DNA from: a virus | IMG/VR virus record: IMGVR_UViG_3300043410_001892 | Span: 183,145-247,144 of that record | Length of the DNA stretch: 64,000 nt | Strand: one strand, 5' to 3' | In this document: one piece after another, positions 1 to 7,476 of the stretch | How positions within the stretch are numbered: position 1 is the stretch's first letter | How the letters are laid out: each line of letters opens with the position of its first letter | Made by a program: the position numbers and the translations under genes | Notes under the pieces: generated by a model | The model's input: only the letters and a program-made list of their open reading frames with translations | What the model was told of the DNA's origin: nothing | Databases searched by the model: none

Positions 1-138
1 ACCTTTAAAGTCAGCCCATGCTTTTTTTACACTACCAAACACAATGTTTAGTGCCATGCCTGTTTGTAAATCAGATTGTGATACTGAGTGTTTTGCTCGT
101 GCAAACATGTTTGCTGTATCAACTATGATAAATGCCAT
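1..138 (-). CDS. Partial CDS (N-terminal ~46 aa, continues past window start) resembling RNaseH/FEN 5'-3' exonuclease
   Basis: Reverse-strand translation from ATG at 136-138 gives MAFIIVDTANMFARAKHSV..., an I-x-VD-x-x-N-x-x-x-R FEN/5'-exo N-terminal motif. GAGAGG RBS upstream. Runs off the window edge. Confidence 0.4.
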   Translation of the reverse strand, partial: MAFIIVDTANMFARAKHSVSQSDLQTGMALNIVFGSVKKAWADFKG

Positions 139-147
139 ATAACCTCT

Positions 148-594
148 CTATTTGTTAACTCTAAGGATTCCAAAGTCTTGATCAGAAATATCAATGCCTT
201 CTGCTGCTGCAGCATTGTAACAGATATCTCTATACCAACGACCAATAATTTCATCTTCTGGATCGCCATCAAAACCATAACCTTCTTGTTTTAATTTTTC
301 AATCCAATGATCATTCCAGTCAATTTCAAAAAAACCGTTTCTAACATTGTCTGGATTAACTCTAAAACCAATTACATCTACCCATGGTTCTTTTTTTAGT
401 GTTGCTTTTTCTTTTTCACTTAATTGCGGTTTTTCAGTTTTTGGTTTAGCTTTTGGTTTAGTTTTAGCTTTTGGTTTTTTAACTTTAGGCACTGGGGGAT
501 TGCTAGTTACTACTGGTAATCCCCGACTATCAATTTGATTATCGTTAGTACCAAATATTTTGTTTATTAGTTTATCAAACATTATGTTGCCCAC
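148..594 (-). CDS. Hypothetical protein with Lys/Pro-rich basic N-terminal segment
   Basis: 148-aa ORF co-directional with and overlapping the queE-like gene. KPKAKTKPKAKPK basic repeat. No recognisable catalytic motif. Confidence 0.5.
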   Translation of the reverse strand: MGNIMFDKLINKIFGTNDNQIDSRGLPVVTSNPPVPKVKKPKAKTKPKAKPKTEKPQLSEKEKATLKKEPWVDVIGFRVNPDNVRNGFFEIDWNDHWIEKLKQEGYGFDGDPEDEIIGRWYRDICYNAAAAEGIDISDQDFGILRVNK

Positions 595-1424
595 TCATTT
601 TTAAATAACGGAACTTGCAATCGATCACTGTATCGCAGTCCGTGTTTCAGTGCTAAATCTGCCACTGCTCTATTGTTTAGATTATACACAGCTTCAACCC
701 CGCCTACTGGCATCAAATATACATGCCCATTGAACCCTGCAGCTTTATATAATTCAATTTTTTCTAATGCTTCGTTTGCATCTTCTTCTGTTGCTATTAC
801 AAATTTTAGATATACGTCACTACCTGCAAACTTATATTGTACAACTGCGTCTGGAACTATAGCTTTTTCAGCAGGTTCACCGCTTACACTTAATTTTGGA
901 CTAACTGAGAACGTTACCCATCTTTTATTATTATAATATAAGTAATCTAAAAACTCTTTAGATAGTCGTTGTGTACCATTTGTTTCAAATGTAATATTTT
1001 GCACAGTTGATAATAACGGATGATCAAGTAATTGCGGATATAGTTTTTGCCATCCAAGTAATAAGGGTTCACCGCCTGTAATGACTAAGTGAATACCTTC
1101 CCAACTATTATTAGGCAGTAATTCAATCATTCTATTTGCAATTTCATCAATAGTCATAGTTGGACTAAGATGTTTAAACTTTGGATGCCAACTTGCATAG
1201 CTATCACAACCTGTAGTAACAAGTGGTAATGAATCATATGTTGGATATTGCTCACTGTTAGCAGCAATAGCATTTGCTTGGATACTTAGTTTACCTTTTT
1301 CCATACCAAATCCTGCACAAGTAAAATTGCAGCCATACGTGCGTAAGAATATTGAAGGTACACCCATAAAGCGACCTTCGCCTTGCATAGAATAAAATAA
1401 TTCTGATACTTTAATTTGTGACAT
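582..1424 (-). CDS. queE: 7-carboxy-7-deazaguanine synthase (QueE-like radical SAM)
   Basis: N-terminal FYSMQGEG...PSIFLRTYGCNFTC and ITGGEPLL motifs typical of QueE. Sits in an operon with folE. Confidence 0.75.
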   Translation of the reverse strand: MSQIKVSELFYSMQGEGRFMGVPSIFLRTYGCNFTCAGFGMEKGKLSIQANAIAANSEQYPTYDSLPLVTTGCDSYASWHPKFKHLSPTMTIDEIANRMIELLPNNSWEGIHLVITGGEPLLLGWQKLYPQLLDHPLLSTVQNITFETNGTQRLSKEFLDYLYYNNKRWVTFSVSPKLSVSGEPAEKAIVPDAVVQYKFAGSDVYLKFVIATEEDANEALEKIELYKAAGFNGHVYLMPVGGVEAVYNLNNRAVADLALKHGLRYSDRLQVPLFKNEWAT

Positions 1425-1432
1425 ATTATTCC

Positions 1433-1699
1433 TTAAACATTGTTTAATCCAATTCTAGCATATCCTAGTGCTGCTTTGAGTTCTCTACGCCCTTCACGGT
1501 TGTCTAACTCGTTCTCTAAGATAGTAAGATCATTTTGTAACTTTTGAAGATATGGCTTACCATTACGTTCCATTCTATCAGCTGGATAGTTTTTAATTCT
1601 GTCCGCATACCGTTGAATCTCATCTTTTTTGAGCTGGATTCTATGCTCAAGATTCTCTTTAGTTTTTTTCATTGTAAGCCTCTTTACGAAATTCTTCAC
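1433..1699 (-). CDS. Hypothetical protein (88 aa, charged/coiled)
   Basis: ORF packed between the queE and folE genes on the same strand. Confidence 0.45.
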   Translation of the reverse strand: MKNFVKRLTMKKTKENLEHRIQLKKDEIQRYADRIKNYPADRMERNGKPYLQKLQNDLTILENELDNREGRRELKAALGYARIGLNNV

Positions 1700-2102
1700 A
1701 ATCTTTAACAGCAGACTTTAATGCTTCTGCATAGTTGAAAGCCTGCTGTCTAGACATTATTGTTGATTGTTGATATTTAAGATAGCCATCAATCCACAAA
1801 TTCCATGTCATTTTAATACGATGATGTAATCCATTTAGAAAACTTAACCAACCATATGCAATACTACTTAAAAATGCATTTTCAATTTTATAAGTTTCTG
1901 ATAAATCAAATGGTCTATCCCAATATGCAGTTTTTTGTGTAGTAAAGGTAGTTACTGTAACGTTAAATTCATCAGCTTCTACCATAAACTCAATATTGTC
2001 ATCATCGTTACCGCACTCGCATTTAATTGCGTACATTTTACTGTTACCCCAGTCATTTGTTTGCATAATGCCTACTGCTGGAATTTGTGGTTCTAGTTTC
2101 AT
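1659..2102 (-). CDS. Hypothetical protein (147 aa)
   Basis: ORF in the deazaguanine operon with no motif recognised. Overlaps neighbours by short out-of-frame overlaps typical of phage coupling. Confidence 0.5.
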   Translation of the reverse strand: MKLEPQIPAVGIMQTNDWGNSKMYAIKCECGNDDDNIEFMVEADEFNVTVTTFTTQKTAYWDRPFDLSETYKIENAFLSSIAYGWLSFLNGLHHRIKMTWNLWIDGYLKYQQSTIMSRQQAFNYAEALKSAVKDCEEFRKEAYNEKN

Positions 2103-2110
2103 AAAGCTCC

Positions 2111-2842
2111 TTACTTGTTAACAATACTCATAAATTCTGAGCGTGTTGTTGGATCGTTTTTAAATGCACCACCAAGTTTACTTGTAACAGTAGTGCTACC
2201 TGTATCTTCAACACCTCTCGCAGCCACACAATAGTGTTTAGCATCAATTACTACTGCAATATTGTCAGTGCCTAAAATATATTCTAAAGCATGAAAAACT
2301 TGTTCTGTTAGTCTTTCTTGTACTTGTGGACGTTTTGCAAAATATTCTACAACTCTGTTTATTTTACTTAGACCAAGTACAACTTTATTTGGAATGTAAC
2401 CAACAGTAGCATAACCATCAATTACTACAAAATGATGTTCGCAATTTGATTGTACGTTGACATTGCGTTCAACAACCATTTCGTTATAACTCATTTTATT
2501 TTCAATAGTTGTACACTTTGGAAATGACGCATAATCAAGACCCCAAAATATTTCATTGACAAACATTTTTGCAACACGTTTTGGTGTGTCATTTAAACTA
2601 TCATCTGTTAAATCTAATTTTAATAGCATCATAATATCTTTGAATTTTAATTCAATCATGCTAATTTGTACATCTCTTGTTAACTCTGATAATAATACTT
2701 CTGTACCGTCAGATAACATTTGAACAGTAGAAATACCATCAACTACTGCATCATTCATAGGCGTCTCTACACCTAATTTTACTAAGTATTCGTGTACTTC
2801 TTTTCCTAATACTGGATCTATTTTTAATTTATTATAACTCAT
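2111..2842 (-). CDS. folE: GTP cyclohydrolase I (FolE)
   Basis: Conserved FolE blocks: NEMVVERNV, SNCEHHFVVIDG, SKINRVVEYFAKRPQVQERLTEQ, KHYCVAARGVEDTGSTTVTS. Confidence 0.85.
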   Translation of the reverse strand: MSYNKLKIDPVLGKEVHEYLVKLGVETPMNDAVVDGISTVQMLSDGTEVLLSELTRDVQISMIELKFKDIMMLLKLDLTDDSLNDTPKRVAKMFVNEIFWGLDYASFPKCTTIENKMSYNEMVVERNVNVQSNCEHHFVVIDGYATVGYIPNKVVLGLSKINRVVEYFAKRPQVQERLTEQVFHALEYILGTDNIAVVIDAKHYCVAARGVEDTGSTTVTSKLGGAFKNDPTTRSEFMSIVNK

Positions 2843-2865
2843 GCTGGTTCCTTATGTAAGCGTAT

Positions 2866-2894
2866 ATTATAAAGTAATGTTTATTTTTTGTCAA
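2866..2894 (-). promoter_or_regulatory. Sigma70-type early promoter (TTGACA-17-TATAAT) driving the folE-queE operon
   Basis: Reverse strand reads TTGACA aaaaataaacattactt TATAAT with an exact 17-nt spacer, 24 nt upstream of the folE ATG. Confidence 0.6.
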
Positions 2895-3032
2895 GTAATT
2901 TTAGCTCATCTTCTAAGTATTCAATGTATTCAGTTAGACCTGATATCATCTTTGAATTACCTGAACTTTGATGTTTAGCTAGATCTGATTTTACTTGATT
3001 GATTTTTTCTTTCAACTCTTCTTTAGTTAAGC

Positions 3033-3350
3033 TCATTTTAATTCCGTCCTTGCTAATTCTAAAAACATTTGATATTTTTCGTAGGCTTGTTTGACAGCTG
3101 GAACTTTTTCTCTAACAAACATATCTTCGTAATATGTTTTATTCCATTCTTCACATTTTTCAGCTTTCACTATTAACTCTTCAAAACTTCGTTGGTTTAT
3201 CTTAACAGTTAGTAGTTGCTCATATCGATAATCATTGGCACTTATATAGTGTTGATCTAAACAAACTTCCCTAATTCCATATTTTCCAAATTTTTCAACT
3301 ATATTAGACATTATTTCTTCCAAAAGTCTTCCCAGGGAAACACAATCCAA
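3033..3350 (-). CDS. Hypothetical protein (105 aa)
   Basis: ORF overlapping the end of the gpt-like gene. No motifs. Confidence 0.45.
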   Translation of the reverse strand: MDCVSLGRLLEEIMSNIVEKFGKYGIREVCLDQHYISANDYRYEQLLTVKINQRSFEELIVKAEKCEEWNKTYYEDMFVREKVPAVKQAYEKYQMFLELARTELK

Positions 3351-3805
3351 GTATCTTCTTCACGTTTGTCAATTTCTTCAACAGCAAAGTCAACTTCTAC
3401 TGTACTACCTAAATTATTAAAGATTGTAGCAAACTTAACATTTTCATGCCAAACATTATCGGCCCATCTTGGATCAGTTGGTATACAATTTGATTGCCAA
3501 TCTTGCATAATCCAGTTAAATGTTTCACCTGAATCGTTTATATCATCAACAATTAAGATATTTTCAGATTCAAATGCATCGTTAGCTAACCAACAGTTAG
3601 ATTCAGTATATACATGGTCACGTAAACTAACGTGTATTACGTACATCTTAATTCCTAAGTATTGACTTAACATATTGGCGGGTGTAACCCCGCCTCTACT
3701 AATACCAATAATATATTCTGGAGTCCAACCGCTGGCATTAATTTGACGAGCAAGTTCTAAAACTGCACCTTCAAGTTGTTGCCAAGAGTAATGTACTTTT
3801 TTCAT
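3311..3805 (-). CDS. Xanthine-guanine phosphoribosyltransferase-like (Gpt-type type I PRTase)
   Basis: Collinear with E. coli Gpt: YSWQQLEGAVLELARQI, IIGISRGGVTPANML, the PRPP-binding LIVDDINDSGETF, and C-terminal DTWIVFPWED. Confidence 0.75.
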   Translation of the reverse strand: MKKVHYSWQQLEGAVLELARQINASGWTPEYIIGISRGGVTPANMLSQYLGIKMYVIHVSLRDHVYTESNCWLANDAFESENILIVDDINDSGETFNWIMQDWQSNCIPTDPRWADNVWHENVKFATIFNNLGSTVEVDFAVEEIDKREEDTWIVFPWEDFWKK

Positions 3806-4272
3806 TCTGGTTCCTTTGGTAATAAGCTATCTGCATAGCAAACTGAGTAAACTAATTTTAGATTTTCGTATGCTTTATCTAAACCTGGGTATTCTTCACA
3901 TAGTTTTCTAAAAGCATTCCATTCTGGAAACTTATCTACAAAATCTGTTCCATAACTTGGACTAACCGGACTCCAACCTCCGCCAGTTCCGGTATACACG
4001 TAATTTGAATTATTAGTAGTATTATAAAACATTGAACCAGTGTACGATCCACTAAAGGTAGAACCAGTGTAAGGACCATTAGTGTTGTTACTAATAGTAA
4101 TAGTATCACCAGCACTCATTGACGATGATATACCATAACTACCAGTTACACTCATACCAGTTAAATAAGATGACAACGTGTCTGTTGTAAATGCTGGAAT
4201 AGAAGTTGTACTGTATAATGATTCTGGAAGTGTAATTGTATCAATTGAATTTGTCATATAATTTCTCTGCAT
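3802..4272 (-). CDS. Hypothetical S/T/G-rich protein (156 aa)
   Basis: Low-complexity Ser/Thr/Gly/Tyr-rich ORF between the glycosyltransferase-like and gpt-like genes. Confidence 0.4.
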   Translation of the reverse strand: MQRNYMTNSIDTITLPESLYSTTSIPAFTTDTLSSYLTGMSVTGSYGISSSMSAGDTITISNNTNGPYTGSTFSGSYTGSMFYNTTNNSNYVYTGTGGGWSPVSPSYGTDFVDKFPEWNAFRKLCEEYPGLDKAYENLKLVYSVCYADSLLPKEPE

Positions 4273-5374
4273 TAAAAAATGCCTTGGTTAAATAATCAGC
4301 TTGTTGCTGAATATATGTTTTCATTGAATCGTAATTTTCAATATAATCGATAATTTTGTTACATAACTCAAAACTATGATCCTCATATGCTTTAAAGTCT
4401 TCTGTCCATTCTGATGGATATTTAAAATGGAACTTATACATTTCTTTATAGCTTAATCTATCTGGTACCATAGGTATAGCATCAAGCATTACTCCTTCAT
4501 AACAGCTAATACCAAGTGTTTCTTGTAAGTTTGCACTAAACACAATCTTTGCTTCGCTTAATAATGTATGATATTCATCTTTAGTTAGTTTTTCATCTTG
4601 GCAAACTACAAAATCGTATTGTGGCATTTGCTTTGCTATTGCTCTAAATATTTCAACTTGTTTCTCTGGAGCAATACGATGTGGAAAAACAATCAAATCA
4701 CGTTTTTCTTTATTTTTAAAAGGAGCTAATGTGTCTGTTAAGTATTCCATTGGCCAGCCAGTACGTACAATACTACCATCGTCATATACTTCATCCCAGT
4801 CTTCGTCGTACCATGGATTTTCACTAGGATATCCACTATTGATAACTTTGTCAAAGAACATTTTAACATGGAATTCTGTAGCAAAGTAATTATGAGTAAA
4901 TGCAGTGTATAATGCTCGTTCGGTATGTTTAACCCAAGCATCTTTGATAGCACCTAAGAAGTCATGTTCATCGTAATTACCAGCATGCCATAGTCCATGA
5001 AATTGCCAATTAAACCCCATTAAGTCATTGATGTATTTTAATTGAAGTATTGAAGTATTCCAAGCATCTGTAAATAAGAAATGATCGTCAGGTGTTGTTT
5101 TGCCTTCAAATTGCTTTAATAAGAATGTACATAATTGTGAACTTTTCCAGTAGTTAGTATCTACAAAGTTTAAGAATGCGCCTTGTGTGACTTCTGTTGA
5201 TTGACGATAACCATCTATTTGGCAAATATTAAATTTATCATTAAGATTGTCTTGTAGTTGCTGAGGTATATGAGTATGCCATTGACCAGTATAACGTGTG
5301 TCTAAAGGTTCTACAGGAAATATCCATATTGTAGGTTTCATAATGTATTCCAAGTAATTGAAAGAAAGCCCCAA
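4241..5374 (-). CDS. Putative GT-B fold glycosyltransferase (T4 alpha-glucosyltransferase-like C-terminal half)
   Basis: C-terminal half has a GT4/GT-B-like pattern: FPHRIAPEKQVEIF...AKIVFSANLQETLGISCYEGVMLDAIPMVPD. This resembles the E...LE.G..G.IPV block of T4 agt. Confidence 0.45.
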   Translation of the reverse strand: MGLSFNYLEYIMKPTIWIFPVEPLDTRYTGQWHTHIPQQLQDNLNDKFNICQIDGYRQSTEVTQGAFLNFVDTNYWKSSQLCTFLLKQFEGKTTPDDHFLFTDAWNTSILQLKYINDLMGFNWQFHGLWHAGNYDEHDFLGAIKDAWVKHTERALYTAFTHNYFATEFHVKMFFDKVINSGYPSENPWYDEDWDEVYDDGSIVRTGWPMEYLTDTLAPFKNKEKRDLIVFPHRIAPEKQVEIFRAIAKQMPQYDFVVCQDEKLTKDEYHTLLSEAKIVFSANLQETLGISCYEGVMLDAIPMVPDRLSYKEMYKFHFKYPSEWTEDFKAYEDHSFELCNKIIDYIENYDSMKTYIQQQADYLTKAFFNAEKLYDKFN

Positions 5375-5401
5375 TTGGAGCTTTCAAGTTAAAGAGGTTG
5401 A

Positions 5402-5650
5402 TTAAGATTTTTTAAAGTTTTTTGGTCTAACGCCGTTAGGCCATGGTTTATTACCTTGATAAGGTTTACGTGGGCGTTTGCTTGCTAAATACGCACCGTA
5501 TGATTTAGTGTCCTTGCGATATAAATCTGCTGGATCAAACTTACGCATTTCAATTCTACAAAAATCATGAAATGCTTCGAGATCTTCAAAGATCTTAACA
5601 ACATCAGGACGTGATTCAAAGTATGAGAATGATTTGTAATTTTTAGCCAT
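5402..5650 (-). CDS. Hypothetical basic protein (82 aa)
   Basis: ORF with no motifs. Possible weak hairpin downstream at 5378-5400. Confidence 0.4.
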   Translation of the reverse strand: MAKNYKSFSYFESRPDVVKIFEDLEAFHDFCRIEMRKFDPADLYRKDTKSYGAYLASKRPRKPYQGNKPWPNGVRPKNFKKS

Positions 5651-5651
5651 T

Positions 5652-5861
5652 TTATTTTTTTCCGTTTCTTAATATAGTTGTATGGGTACGAAGTGAAAGT
5701 AATGTTTTTAATTCGTGCAATTCACATCTTAGTTTTGCTATTTTTGGATCGTTTTTTTTAGTATTATTGATGTAATAATATTTTTGTTCAAACAGTTTTA
5801 TCTCTTGACGCTTTTGCTCAATCTTTTTTTGTAGCATTGTTTTAGATATATAATGTTTCAT
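5652..5861 (-). CDS. Hypothetical protein (69 aa)
   Basis: Small ORF packed between neighbours. Confidence 0.35.
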   Translation of the reverse strand: MKHYISKTMLQKKIEQKRQEIKLFEQKYYYINNTKKNDPKIAKLRCELHELKTLLSLRTHTTILRNGKK

Positions 5862-6220
5862 GAATATTTAATAAATGAACCATTTTCATTATCTTCAGAT
5901 ATTTCAATCCAAATCTCTCTATCTGAATATTTCTGTGAAATAGTTTGATGTAACTCATTACTAATCATTTCACAGCTCTTATTATCTAGTGATAGTATAG
6001 CATCACTATACAATAAAGTCAACCAACGTTTAAATTGGATAAACTCAATATCTCTGTCAGCGTGTGTAACTTCAATCCAAACTTTAAAATGAAATATATG
6101 TCTATGTGGATATCCTAAGAACTCTACATCCTCTAATTTTGGATCAGTTAGAGCAGCAGGATAACAGTGTATTCCTTCTTTTGAAAATGTGACAAAAATA
6201 AATTTGCTAGTTGTTTCCAT
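5858..6220 (-). CDS. Small PTPS/T-fold-like protein (possible second QueD-like)
   Basis: 120 aa, the size of QueD. FSKEGIHCYP...LGYPHRHIFHFKV gives a His-x-His pattern reminiscent of PTPS zinc ligands. Weak. Confidence 0.3.
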   Translation of the reverse strand: METTSKFIFVTFSKEGIHCYPAALTDPKLEDVEFLGYPHRHIFHFKVWIEVTHADRDIEFIQFKRWLTLLYSDAILSLDNKSCEMISNELHQTISQKYSDREIWIEISEDNENGSFIKYS

Positions 6221-6890
6221 GTTTTTTCTTATTTTGATGTGCTAAAAGTCTAGCCTCTGACCAAGGTTTGCCTTTCTCAGGGCCGGTTTTTTTTTGTGAT
6301 TCTGCGGCTAAAATTCGTGCTTCAGACCACGGTTTACCTTTTAATGATTTACTTATTTTTTCTTTATGAATATCAGTTAACATTACACCTGTTTTTGATT
6401 TACTAATTTTTAATTTAGTTTCATTACGATGTAACTTCCCCTCCATACCTGATTTAAGAGTTCCATTTTTAATTTTAGTTTCAATAATTTTCCGTTTAGT
6501 GTCAGCTGGCAATTTTTTACCTAAATGCGATTTTGATAAGTTTTTTCGATGCTCTTCACTCTTAACTCTATTCTTCCACGATGGCGGTTTGTTATCTAAA
6601 CAAATGTTCGTTAATATGCCATTTTCTTCAAATCCAATTCTGCCGTATTTAAGAATTTCTTCAGTTTCTAATTTGTAAGCGTCGTCTTCATTAATGATAT
6701 TATCTATAACTTTTTTGATTATAGGAGGCATATTATGTTGAATTAAAAATTGTATGCGATAAAACTTATGACGATTTAACGTATTTTCTGCTGTTTCGGT
6801 TAAATGATCAAAACATCTGTTGGCTGTTCCTTTACCTATATAAAATGGTAAGTTATCTCTAGGATCTATATAATGATAAATGTAATACAT
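6207..6890 (-). CDS. Free-standing GIY-YIG homing endonuclease with NUMOD3-like repeats
   Basis: N-terminal YIYHYIDPRDNLPFYIGKGTANRCFDH matches the GIY-YIG motif. C-terminal repeated KGKPWSEAR(I/L)LA resembles NUMOD3 DNA-binding repeats, as in I-TevI/Seg enzymes. Confidence 0.85.
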   Translation of the reverse strand: MYYIYHYIDPRDNLPFYIGKGTANRCFDHLTETAENTLNRHKFYRIQFLIQHNMPPIIKKVIDNIINEDDAYKLETEEILKYGRIGFEENGILTNICLDNKPPSWKNRVKSEEHRKNLSKSHLGKKLPADTKRKIIETKIKNGTLKSGMEGKLHRNETKLKISKSKTGVMLTDIHKEKISKSLKGKPWSEARILAAESQKKTGPEKGKPWSEARLLAHQNKKKHGNN

Positions 6891-6908
6891 GGTATTCTCC
6901 TTGTAGTT

Positions 6909-6916
6909 TATTTATC
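6909..6916 (-). promoter_or_regulatory. T4-late-like promoter motif GATAAATA upstream of the homing endonuclease gene
   Basis: Reverse strand reads GATAAATAaactacAAGGAGaataccATG: motif, RBS and start in phase, 26 nt from motif to ATG. Confidence 0.45.
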
Positions 6917-6948
6917 AAACGTTACCCATATCATTTGCTGTTTCATAT

Positions 6949-7476
6949 TTAACTCTTTAATGTATCGTTGTTGTAAGCATCCCAACCTGTAAACATATTA
7001 GGATTTTGTAATGTCTGTAAACTATGTGTCCAAATACCTGGATTAGTTGCATTAAATGTAACATCATCGAGTTTAATCATAGTATTAGTATTCCATTTGT
7101 GTATATTTGCAATTGGCATTCTAATTTGTGGAATAAACTTTTCATATGAGCATAGCTCAGTTTTTACATTAAAGTCATTTAATACAGTATATGGAATATC
7201 TAATGAACAAGTTTTACCTGTTTTTAAAAAATACTCAATAGTATGAGCCCAAGACATCCATGATCCGGCATTTTGTGGATTAAAGCTATGGTTTGCACCA
7301 AAGAATATATGATCTACATCGTCTTCAAGATATATCTCAATTGCTTCTATGGTTTGAATACCTACTACAAACAGTGTTTTCATACCGTATGCAGGTGTAT
7401 GTTCTACTTCATTGCCTGTAAAAAACTTTACAGGCGTTGTAATTTCGTTTTTATATGGTCTTATCATTTTTAACAC
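6949..7476 (-). CDS. Hypothetical protein (175 aa)
   Basis: ORF between the homing-endonuclease gene and dpdA. No motifs. Confidence 0.5.
   Translation of the reverse strand: MLKMIRPYKNEITTPVKFFTGNEVEHTPAYGMKTLFVVGIQTIEAIEIYLEDDVDHIFFGANHSFNPQNAGSWMSWAHTIEYFLKTGKTCSLDIPYTVLNDFNVKTELCSYEKFIPQIRMPIANIHKWNTNTMIKLDDVTFNATNPGIWTHSLQTLQNPNMFTGWDAYNNDTLKS

Noticed and set aside
88-936. Plus-strand ORFs 88-294, 347-538 and 673-936 from the six-frame track
   Set aside because: They lie antisense inside well-supported minus-strand genes (RNaseH-like, 148-aa gene, queE). They have no RBS and low-complexity translations. They are most likely spurious.
5375-5401. Possible hairpin (GAAAGC...GCTTTC) downstream of the glycosyltransferase-like gene start
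   Set aside because: The stem is short and imperfect with a 10-nt loop, and there is no clear T-run. It is not convincing as a terminator.
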